From positions 8,370,001-8,434,000 of the forward strand of contig CM106586.1 in the NCBI GenBank assembly GCA_048013815.1: a stretch of DNA of 64,000 bases, written 5' to 3'. The notes beneath the pieces are model-generated. The model saw nothing but the letters and a program-made list of their open reading frames with translations, did no database searches and was not told the DNA's origin. Within the stretch, counting starts at the first letter, position 1; each line of letters begins with the position of its first letter. Below are positions 36,742 through 45,674 of this stretch, one piece after another. The translations under genes and the position numbers were made by a program. This DNA comes from Setoptus koraiensis (Eukaryota > Animalia > Arthropoda).

Positions 36742-37323
36742 ATGATCAGGGATCTTAAATTTGCCGTTATCTGCTCTAGCAATCAAAACAGATCCATGGA
36801 GGCGCACAATATTCTCAGCAAAAAGGGCTTCAATGTTAAAAGCTTCGGCAGCGGTAATCAAGTCAAATTACCGGGTTCCTCCGCAGATAAGCCTAATGTC
36901 TATGACTTTGGCACAACATACGATTTCATGTACAAGGATCTCATTACTAAAGATAAGAATTTATACACTCAAAACGGAATAATACACATGCTAGACAGGA
37001 ATAGGCGCATCAAATCATGCCCGGAGAGATTTCAAACGTGCAAAGAAAAATTCAATGTTATTTTTACTTGCGAGGAGAGAGTCTACGATCAGGTGGTCGA
37101 ATATTTAGCTAATAGAGTTTCATCTGAGAGTCAAATATGTCATATTATCAACCTGGACATCCAAGATAACCACGAAGAGGCCACAATTGGAGCATTCTTA
37201 TTATGTGATCTAGCTCAAATGTTGGTCAATTGCGAAGATCTAGACGATGAAATAGATGAGCTTCTGCAGGACTTTGAATCTAAAACTGGGCGACCATTAT
37301 TGCATACCGTTTGTTTTCTTTAA
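36742..37323 (+). CDS. SSU72: RNA Pol II CTD phosphatase Ssu72
   Basis: Catalytic CX5R motif AVICSSNQNRSMEAH, VKLPG, FTCEERVYDQV and IQDNHEEATIGA. First ATG at 36742. Confidence 0.97.
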   Translation: MIRDLKFAVICSSNQNRSMEAHNILSKKGFNVKSFGSGNQVKLPGSSADKPNVYDFGTTYDFMYKDLITKDKNLYTQNGIIHMLDRNRRIKSCPERFQTCKEKFNVIFTCEERVYDQVVEYLANRVSSESQICHIINLDIQDNHEEATIGAFLLCDLAQMLVNCEDLDDEIDELLQDFESKTGRPLLHTVCFL

Positions 37324-37422
37324 GATACAATAATCAAAAAATCAAGCACGAGCTTACAAATCAATGACAAATAGTTATTCAATGAAATGAGCAAAAACAA
37401 TCACTTTATTAAACAAGTCGTA

Positions 37423-39066
37423 TTAGATATCTAAATGACGGTATACTCTTCTCAATTTTTCCTTCTTTTTGTGTTTTTTGTTCGCATGAGGCACATCCGT
37501 TATCGTTCCAAGGGGCTTGGTCATATTACCTATGCCAGGTAGACCTTTATAATGTACATGTGGTGGATTGAACTCAACGTTGAAATCACGATTAGCGAAC
37601 TTGCCGGAAGCTTGCGCCATTAGTCTCCCCTGGCGCTCTGTCATTCTTAAAGCTGAACTAAGATTGCTAGAAAGTTCTTTGATTCTGTCGGGAACAAAAA
37701 ATTGGTGGAATTCCTTTTGATCTACCCCAGGAGGCGCATGACAATATAAAAGTTTACCCTTAACATAGTCTTTGAGGATCCTTCTAGCAGCCCTCGCAAC
37801 ATCTGGTAAGCCGCGTTGAGTCATGTATCCTCGCATAAATCCGTATGAGTTCAGAAGGTCGTCGCTGCTAACATCCTGACTCGCGTTTTGCTCAAAGGCC
37901 AATCCATATATATCTTCAAATACATGTCTAGGTATCTGACTAACAAGAACATCCATGGCAGTCATATGATCTTTCATTTGATCGATGGGCAAAACACCAT
38001 TGACCAACATGTCCGCCTTGCTCATAACCAGATTTGGGAACACTAAACCGGGACAATCACACAATGTGAGTGTTTCGTCTATAATGAATGTCTGGAAGTG
38101 CTTGGTCTTGCCGGGTGTAGCTGAAACCCCAGTTTTCTTGGCCGATAAGAGCGCATTGATTGTTGAGGACTTTCCAACGTTTGGATATCCAACAAGACCC
38201 ACAGTGACACGATAATCTTCAGGATCAGGATCCTCCTGTATAACTTTGTCTTTTTGTTCGATTGCCATCTGTTTCCATAACTCGAGCAGCTCCTTCTTAT
38301 TGTAAAGTTTTATCTTGACATCATCATCACCAGGGCTTTGATCGATATCACTTTCTTTGAGGGGTTCTTTCTGTTGAAGAGCAGAAAAGAAGATAGCTCT
38401 AATGGATCTCTTTTCGAAGTATTCTGACCAATATTTTCGCTGTTCATCATTCAAAAAGTCAGCTTTGTTCAGAAGAATAGCATTTAATTTGGTCTTGTGC
38501 TCTTTAACATAATTAACCAAGTCTTCACAATAATACATTAGAGGATTTCTGGAGTCTACTATTTGAACAACGAGGTGACTTCTCTCTACCACTCGCCAAA
38601 GTTGTCGCCACAATTCCAGATTTTTCTCAAATGGTGTCATCATAACGTTGCTGTTCTCTTGAAGCATCGCCAGTTTCTTCCTCCATTCAAGAAAGTGTTT
38701 CTTCTCTAGTTCGCACAATTGTTCTGGTGTGGTGGTTGAGTCCCATTTAGGTCGTCTGGGTACACACAAGATAGACTTGAATTGCTCTCTATCTATGGTT
38801 GCCGCCTCATGGTGATACTTTTCTTGATCTTGATTTTTGATCAGAGAAATATCTCGTTTCTCCGCTATGAATTGTTTGCCGGCCAATTCAGCGATCTCAA
38901 AGAATTCATCAACAGTGGATTGTGCCGTCAAGCTACGCAAATTAGATTCTGGGTTTTGGTTGGCCAATTCTGTTGTATGTCTGTCGCTCTTATTGCCAAA
39001 TCCAATGGTTTTGTTTGATCTGTGTAGGGCTCGGCCGAGGCCTGCCTTTTTGTTCGGATTTACCAT
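37423..39066 (-). CDS. LSG1: Large subunit GTPase 1 homolog (circularly permuted GTPase)
   Basis: TPFEKNLELWRQLWRVVERSHLVVQIVDSRNP, G4 NKAD, G1 GYPNVGKSS, SATPGKTKHFQT, G3 DCPG and AARRILKDYVKGKL. ATG at 39066. Confidence 0.96.
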   Translation of the reverse strand: MVNPNKKAGLGRALHRSNKTIGFGNKSDRHTTELANQNPESNLRSLTAQSTVDEFFEIAELAGKQFIAEKRDISLIKNQDQEKYHHEAATIDREQFKSILCVPRRPKWDSTTTPEQLCELEKKHFLEWRKKLAMLQENSNVMMTPFEKNLELWRQLWRVVERSHLVVQIVDSRNPLMYYCEDLVNYVKEHKTKLNAILLNKADFLNDEQRKYWSEYFEKRSIRAIFFSALQQKEPLKESDIDQSPGDDDVKIKLYNKKELLELWKQMAIEQKDKVIQEDPDPEDYRVTVGLVGYPNVGKSSTINALLSAKKTGVSATPGKTKHFQTFIIDETLTLCDCPGLVFPNLVMSKADMLVNGVLPIDQMKDHMTAMDVLVSQIPRHVFEDIYGLAFEQNASQDVSSDDLLNSYGFMRGYMTQRGLPDVARAARRILKDYVKGKLLYCHAPPGVDQKEFHQFFVPDRIKELSSNLSSALRMTERQGRLMAQASGKFANRDFNVEFNPPHVHYKGLPGIGNMTKPLGTITDVPHANKKHKKKEKLRRVYRHLDI

Positions 39067-39172
39067 TATTACGTCAGTTATGGATGATATCAATATATGC
39101 TCAAACTATTTGATTCGGACAAGATTTCATTATCCCACATGCAATTCGGTTATTTTAGTTGCTTTGTTTTGA

Positions 39173-39432
39173 ACATGTTTTTCGGGGCATGCACAAATGA
39201 ATAGACTGCGGACAGGAGCACTCCCATGCTGATTCCAAAGGATATAGTTTGCAACAGAAGCACTGTATTTGATTTTATTGGGTTCATTACCCAGTCTGTT
39301 TCCCATTTTTATTTCACACCCTGTGCTGAGACATGTGCTGCCTCCCATTGACGGAAGATCGCACTCCTGACGAGCGTGAGGAGCTCTGTAAGGAGTGCGA
39401 TCTCCATCTGTGAGAGCGGTGGGCACGTGTCC
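39173..39432 (-). ncRNA. Candidate structured ncRNA (long hairpin, H/ACA-like layout)
   Basis: A 13-bp perfect inverted repeat (39356-39368/39391-39403) extends to an imperfect ~100-nt stem at 39330-39431. On the minus strand it is followed by AAATAA (39314-39309), a second pairable domain and ACA (39178-39176). Strand and class are uncertain. Confidence 0.35.
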
Positions 39433-39524
39433 TTAGATTATTGTCATCGTAGATTTTCTCGTTACATTTATTATAAGCTTATTACTAGAAATATAAGTAT
39501 GTCATCAGAGATAAAACCATATCT

Positions 39525-39962
39525 ATGATAGGATGGAACCGTCTCTCGTGTTTCATCAGGCCCATAACAACTAGCTCAGTGAACGTAGGAAACCAAAGGA
39601 GCACCAAGAGAAGGGAGGCCTTACCCCTTCTTCTGGTTGCCAGACCAGTATCGTGTCTATAATAACGAGAACATCAGACATGCAAATAAGCAATTTATCG
39701 AGGAGTTCATTAAGAACAAATATTCTTTGGAGAACAATGAGACACCGCTGAAGGTTGAAGGATGGGCAAACGATGATGCGTTTGATGATGAAACAACGAG
39801 ATGTGGCTTACTGAGCCGAAAGATCTGTGTTTATTCCATGTAGACAAAAACCGGTAAACGATTACTAACAACGCTATTGCAAGCATCCGAGAACCATGTA
39901 ATCAAATATCATGCTCTGGACGATTGGCAAAAGATTTGTAGACCGTTTGATCGCGAAAAAAG
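39525..39962 (+). pseudogene. MRPL3: Mitochondrial ribosomal protein L3 5' fragment with frameshift and nonsense codon
   Basis: Conceptual translation MIGWNRLSCFIRP..(1-nt frameshift ~39611-39618)..PYPFFWL..FIEEFIKNKY..RCGLLSRKICVYSM*TKTGKRLLTTLLQASENHVIKY resembles the uL3m motif R.GL...K.GM..MW.K.G....TLLQ..D.HV.KY; TAG at 39841-39843 replaces the Trp codon. Confidence 0.8.
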
Positions 39963-40108
39963 CAAAGAAGCTTCTATCATCCGTCTAATACAGATAGACG
40001 ATGGCAGGGTAGACTTCAACAATTCCTATGTAAACTACCAGCTTGTTTTATTAGTCGGGTATATCGTGAACGATATAAAAAACAAACATGGACCGATACT
40101 GAAACGCC
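39963..40108 (+). pseudogene. PSME4: Proteasome activator PA200/Blm10 internal fragment
   Basis: A frame not shown in the ORF track reads SFYHPSNTDRRWQGRLQQFLCKLPACFISRVYRERYKKQTW, matching the conserved PSME4 segment SFYHPSN.G.W...L..L...LP.....R...ERY. No start, no stop, abutted by other gene fragments. Confidence 0.8.
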
Positions 40109-41084
40109 TATCCTTGGTTTATTCCATTTATATGTTGCGGAGGAGGTGGGTCCCAGAATATCTTGATGGCTGTAGAGTTCAGCGCCTCAGCCACGACTCT
40201 TTGGGGAGACTTATCCGGTTTACCTTCTTTTGTTCTGACGCAGGTGCTTGAACTGAATGGACCTACACCTTTTTCGTTCGCTGCTGCAACTTGAATCTCG
40301 TAATTTTGCCATACAATCAGATCATCCAATGTGTAATGCAATTGACTTGCGATGGTCACCTCGTGATCGTACCATTGTTGTATACCCTCATAACCTGCCA
40401 ACCTATGATGTATCTTGTATCCGACCAGCTGACCATTTTGAGTATCATCTGGAGGTGGTGACCAATTTATTGTGATGGAATTTGACGATCTTGGTGCTCC
40501 CACGACATTCAAGGGCGGCGCACTGGGTGGTTGAGCAGGAATTTCTATCGGAATTTTGGTCTGTTCGCTAGGCTCACCAGTTCCAACTTTATTGGTTGCC
40601 CTCACTCTGAAGACGTACTTCTTGGCAGGTTTGAGGTTAGATATAATTACGCTAGTATGATCACCTGATATATTCAATGGGACCATTTCCCATGATGCAG
40701 CAATATCTGTATCTGGATTTTTGATGTCAGGTATGGTGCGCATTTCAATATGGTAACGTATTACTGGGCTGTTGCCATCGAAACCGGGCACCCAGTACAC
40801 TCGTATGGCTGGTCCTTCTCCATCAGAAAGCTCCGCATTTATTTGACTTGGAGGTAGAGGCAATTGTAAGATACTAAGCTCAGCCGATCTAGAATTCTGC
40901 CGTCGAACCCATCACAACTTGTTGAGGCTGTGGGTAATCTCTGAACAAGGCTCGCGAATTTTCTGTCTGTGCTGGTTCGGGGGGAACTGTCGATGTCGAT
41001 CCGATGTTAGTGGATGCTGGAATGAATTTCTCACAAATAAAACTTCTCCTCAGATTTGAATCAAACATAGGTATCAAACCAAAC
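40109..41084 (-). pseudogene. Duplicated Sidekick fragment with 185-bp internal deletion
   Basis: 40109-40895 = 50904-51690 and 40893-41084 = 51873-52064; 7 substitutions in 976 bp by manual comparison; AAT microhomology at the deletion. Confidence 0.97.
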
Positions 41085-41097
41085 CTTTGGCTAAGGT

Positions 41098-41840
41098 CTA
41101 GTTGACTAATGCAACTTTTATTTTATTTTCTTTTGTCACAGGTTCTTTCTGTTCTTTTGTTTGTTCAGGCGTATCAGGTGCAACATCTGGAAGCTGGAGC
41201 TCACTTATTCCTGCTTTCTGTTCTTTTGTCCTTTCAGGCGTGTCAGGTGCGACATTTGGAAGCTCGAGCTCACGCCTCTCTTCAAGTTCCTCCATGAGCT
41301 CTTTTTCATCATAGCTCCCTCTCAATAAGCTGGATATCTCCTTTTGTTTAGCTGCAGCCTCTTCATTCTCTTCTAATATTTTCTGAATATTTTCTACCGA
41401 CATCATGTCCTGCAGCTGTTTGAGTTGATCATTGGCCAATTTGATGCCTTCGAATACACTGATCTGATTTTGACGATCTTCAATATCCTGCACGAGTGTC
41501 TCTAATGTTAATAATTGCCCGTCAGTCCTTTTCAAAACTTCTTCCATATTTTTCTTCTTCCTAAGTATGACTAGAGCTCTCCTGAAGAAAGAAGCAAAAT
41601 ATTAGTAATTTAGTAAATATAATATCAGTAATCAATTTGAAATGTGCATGTGTATACTTACTCTTTCATATTCTTATTTAATAATTCTATAGCTAAACGT
41701 TTCTCCTCTTCCAGTTTTGACTCTATTCTGTTCTGATAAATTTTGATCCTATCCCTCAAATGCTTCACTTGCAAGATGGCACGATCCGTGGGTGTCACAG
41801 TCACCGCTGGGGCTCGTTTGAATGTAAATAGATTGCCCAT
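41098..41840 (-). CDS. CHMP6: ESCRT-III CHMP6/Vps20; exons 41840-41662 and 41581-41098 (220 aa)
   Basis: Myristoylation-type start MGNLF, TDRAILQVKHLRDRIKIYQ, spliced MKE|RALVILRKKK (GT 41661, AG 41582; 80-nt intron), QLLTLETLVQDIE and a C-terminal LPxV-P motif. Confidence 0.92.
41145..41273 (-). repeat. 69-bp in-frame tandem duplication in the CHMP6 C-terminus
   Basis: ELELPNVAPDTPERTKEQK and ELQLPDVAPDTPEQTKEQK; units start at 41145 and 41214. Confidence 0.92.
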
Positions 41841-41892
41841 ATTTGATTGTTTTGGTTGAAATAACAAATACCAAATACACAAATATCTACGA

Positions 41893-42143
41893 ATGTGAGA
41901 CAACAACATTCTTCATTCCCAATAGCAAACTCGACACACACACACACACACACACACACACGGGCACACGCACACTCACAAACAAACGACCACATCGATG
42001 GAAAGACAGACAGTACTAGCATTGTGTGTAACACTACTGTGTAATACTGTAGCAACAGTGGTTTGGGGTAGTATGTTTATTCTGTTGGTGACTTTACTAG
42101 TGTTGTGAGCTGTAGTGTAAAGATATAAGACTCACACAACGCA
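41893..42143 (+). repeat. Non-coding direct repeat A, copy 1 (contains (CA)n)
   Basis: Aligns to 45399-45674 with about 7 substitutions, a (CA)n length change, a 6-nt indel and an 11-nt deletion with AAA microhomology. Confidence 0.95.
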
Positions 42144-43144
42144 CTTTTTGATTATTATATAGAATTCAAACAATCTGGTGCATTCAAAGTTCTTGCCGAC
42201 GATTATGTAACCTCAGATGCCGGTACAGGAATTGTTCATCAAGCTCCGTACTTTGGTGAAGATGACAATCGTGTTTGTTTGGCCAATGGAGTCATCACTA
42301 AAGATGGCAAAATCGTCTGTCCATTGGATGCTCAAGGCAGATTTACCGATCCAGTGATCGATTTTGTCGGCCAATACATAAAGGATGCTAATAAGAACAT
42401 AATCAAACATTTGAAACAATCAGGCAGGATGTTCAAAGATGCCACAATTAATCACAATTACCCCTTTTGTTGGCGATCTGATACGCCTTTAATTTATCGT
42501 GCAGTGCCTTCTTGGTTTATTCGTGTTGAACAATTCAAAGCAAAATTATTAGAGACAAACCAGAGCACTTACTGGGTTCCAAGTTATGTCAAAGAAAGAC
42601 GTTTCGCTAACTGGCTCAAAGACGCTAGAGATTGGGCAGTTTCCAGAAACCGTTACTGGGGTACTCCGATACCCGTTTGGATCAGTGACGATGGTGAAGA
42701 AGTAGTTTGCATCAGCTCTATTAAAGAGCTTGAAGAGCTCAGTGAGGTGAAGATCACAGACCTACACAGAGAGTTTGTAGATCGCATCACTATACCTTCC
42801 AAGATGGGTAAAGGAGTTCTTAGAAGGGTACCCGAAGTGTTTGACTGCTGGTTCGAGTCTGGATCAATGCCTTATGCACAACAGCATTATCCATTTGAAA
42901 GACAGTTAGAATTTGAAAATAACTTTCCGGCAGACTTCATAGCTGAAGGTATAGATCAAACTAGAGGTTGGTTCTACACATTGCTTGTAATATCAACTGC
43001 TTTGTCAACCAACAGAGAAACCCCCTTTCAAGAATTTGATAGTGAACGGTTTAGTTCTAGCCGGTGACGGTCAAAAGATGAGCAAAAGGAAGAATTACCC
43101 TGACTCATCAGAAGTCATCGAAAAGTATGGAGCTGATGCATTGC
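42142..43144 (+). pseudogene. Inverted duplicate of an IleRS internal segment (editing domain to KMSK)
   Basis: Reverse complement of 5574-6572 with about 13 substitutions, a TC to CAACCAACA replacement (43006-43014, frameshift) and a 3-nt deletion in KMSKRKK; no start codon context. Confidence 0.97.
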
Positions 43145-43338
43145 TGGTTGCATAAATTGTGATTGATTTCCTCCCCGTTGGGCCTGCATGAGCTGCATGC
43201 CTCCTCCGTTCATCATTTGATTGTTTGCCTCGAGCATACCCATAAATGGTGCAATGGGTCAAATGGGCCATGGCTCATACCGCTCAGGTCTCCGAATGGC
43301 ATCATCATAGAGCGCATCATGTTATCCATGTGATCCAT
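43145..43338 (-). pseudogene. Met/Gly-rich N-terminal gene fragment, MLF (myeloid leukemia factor)-like, frameshifted and truncated
   Basis: MDHMDNMMRSMMMPFGDLSGMSHGPFDP, then after a 1-nt shift (~43252-43256) APFMGMLEANNQMMNGGGMQLMQ, ending at the IleRS fragment. The family call rests on composition and the HMxNMMxSM pattern only. Confidence 0.4.
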
Positions 43339-44482
43339 TGTAGCAAAATTTAATTTGTTGTTACAGGCTGTTGATAATTTAAAAATTGATGGCTGGCGTG
43401 ATTGAATGATAATTGAATGTGGCAGCTGGATAAATATACGACGTGATAGATTTGAGTGATAATTAATTAGGTCCAATGCGTCCGTTTAATACAATAGCGT
43501 ATTCATATGCTAGGCACGACAATAAAAATGTTGACACGAATTTTCCCGAATGCGCAGTACTGTGCATATATAACTGGCACTCGATCACGAGGAATATAGA
43601 TATCTGCAGATTGATTGAGAAAAATTGGGCTTAATAGTCGACATCCGATCAGTTGAAAACATTTGATAGTGACATGTTGTTACAGTTTTCGATTCACAAC
43701 TTGTATTCATTTGCCAATGTGATGGGATGGTTCACCTGGGCTACCCTATCGCAAATATGCGGGCCGCTTGCAGCTGCTGTTGTTGGAAATTGGACTCTAC
43801 AAATGTTTGCCTCTGTTGGTCGGATCGGGTGATTACCCTTCATCAACCAATCGCAATCGCACCAATTTGCCTCAGAGAGTTTGTTGCGTTGATCGACAAA
43901 TACAAGTTAGCAAAGACAACTATTCATTGATGACACACCACATATAAACATACTGTATTGTAAAGAAGTGTCATTCACGCTCATACTCTGTCTACACGGA
44001 ATAGAATGCCATCAACAAACAATATGCGACGAGGTTAGGTCGAAACTTTGGATTATAGGACAGGTTATTCAACTTGTATGTGCGTTTGTTTGTTTTTGTA
44101 AATGTTATTTATTCAAATGCTCTCGCTAATCAGTTTAATCACTGGCAAGGTTACTAGTCATGAATCGGCTAAAAATAAAAGGCCATCACACTTGATTTTG
44201 GCAATTTACGTCTACTTGTGGACTGACCCAGATCGTAACTTGCCTACATTGCAAGCTGCGATGCTTTGTTCTTGCGTCGGTGGCTGTTGTCGTTGGCCTC
44301 CAACAACAAAGGAAGACATCCTTATTTCGTCGCAGTTCTTACTCTATTCTGCGTTTGTTTCAAGTCCAAGGTATCAAAAAATGAAGTTGACAAAAGTTTG
44401 ACTGCCTAGAGAAGCGGTGAAAAAGTTGACACATTGAATCAATCTGATACCATCCAGTGTCTGTCTGCGATATCTCATGTTG

Positions 44483-44514
<32 letters not shown>

Positions 44515-45398
44515 AGTGCACAGAAGAAATTTCGTGCCGCCCAATATCCGGTAAGCTTAAGTAGTGGTGTGCTTAGTCATAATCTGGGATGTGGAGTAGA
44601 GAGACAGAAAGATAGAGATCATGGGACAATGATTCTCGTTGGCCATCTCTCGAGCTGGGCAGGGTTTTTACTGTGATGAGATCACCGTCATGACATCTGC
44701 TCGGCGGCGACATTTATGCCGGGCAAGGTTTTGTAGGCGGCTTCAGAGTGTATTCTGCATGCGAATGCTAACTCGGCTCAATACACGGCATGTAACGGCA
44801 TCAATTGATTGTTTGTGTGAAACTGTTAGACCGTCGCATCGACCGTCTGACTGACTCATACTACTCACACGGCCGAAATGTGTCGAAAGATGTTTTATCC
44901 ATTGTCCTCTCGACGAGGATCTCATCCGGAAAGTTGCATAGATGGCGAGAGCGCGATGATTAGGCTCTTTTATCGCACCCTATGTATGTGTATGTATATA
45001 TACACTATGTGTCCTTTGTCGATCAATAAGGATAAACAGCCTGACTTGCTGATCGAGCCACCCAATCTTAATGATGACAAATGCGCACAGAATACATTAG
45101 ATCGTAGGGAGGTTACGTACGTAGATCTTACTCAAAAGTGTGTAGATAGTAAAATAAGGTGCGCAGACAATGACACAAACAGCAAGGTTCGCAAGGTATA
45201 AGAATGATGCAAATATAATAAAAATAATAATGATAACAATTCTAGAGAAACAATGATGATAGCAATGGTGTAATGATGATATAGCCAGTATATACTTTAT
45301 ATATACCAAGGTGCAGTGATGAGATGGATTAATGACAATTATTAGTGCGTTTGGCACCATCCAGTCTGGTGTGTTTGTGCGCATGAGTAAGGTTGTGT

Positions 45399-45438
45399 AT
45401 GTGAGACAACAACATTCTTCATTCCCATTAGCGAACTC

Positions 45439-45489
<51 letters not shown>

Positions 45490-45674
45490 GCACACGCACA
45501 AACAAACGAACACATCGATGGAAACTACGCATAAAGACAGACAGTACTAGCATTGTGTGTAACACTACTGTGTAATACTGTAGCAACAGTGGTATAGGGT
45601 AGTATGTTTATTCTGTTGGTGACTTTACTAGTGTTGTGAGCTGTAGTGTAAAGATATTAGACGCACACAACGCA
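45399..45674 (+). repeat. Non-coding direct repeat A, copy 2, upstream of Lst2
   Basis: Same alignment as 41893-42143; contains the (CA)n array at 45439-45487. Confidence 0.95.

Noticed and set aside
39356-39403. U3 snoRNA (GAGCGTGA resembles box B) or 7SK
   Set aside because: No U3 box A, C or D in the right order. No 7SK terminal pairing, 3' stem or suitably placed Pol III terminator. Kept only as an unclassified structured-RNA candidate.
39130-39426. ORF MPTALTDG../MGNRLGNEP.. upstream of LSG1
   Set aside because: No homology recognised; overlaps the structured element, which better explains the sequence.
39330-39500. Helitron 3' hairpin at the left edge of the mosaic
   Set aside because: The hairpin is much longer than Helitron subterminal hairpins, and no CTRR terminus lies at the expected distance on either strand.
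43560-45390. Further captured gene fragments inside the A-bracketed block
   Set aside because: Several short frames look coding-like (e.g. PYFVAVLTLFCVCFKSK near 44320; NFPDEIL on the minus strand near 44920), but none could be assigned. A BLASTN/BLASTX against the assembly is needed.
41894-45674. LTR retrotransposon or TRIM (TG..CA direct repeats)
   Set aside because: No target-site duplication (acgaa vs gtgag), no primer-binding site, no convincing polypurine tract and no gag/pol remnants; TG/CA ends are common in this CA-rich DNA.
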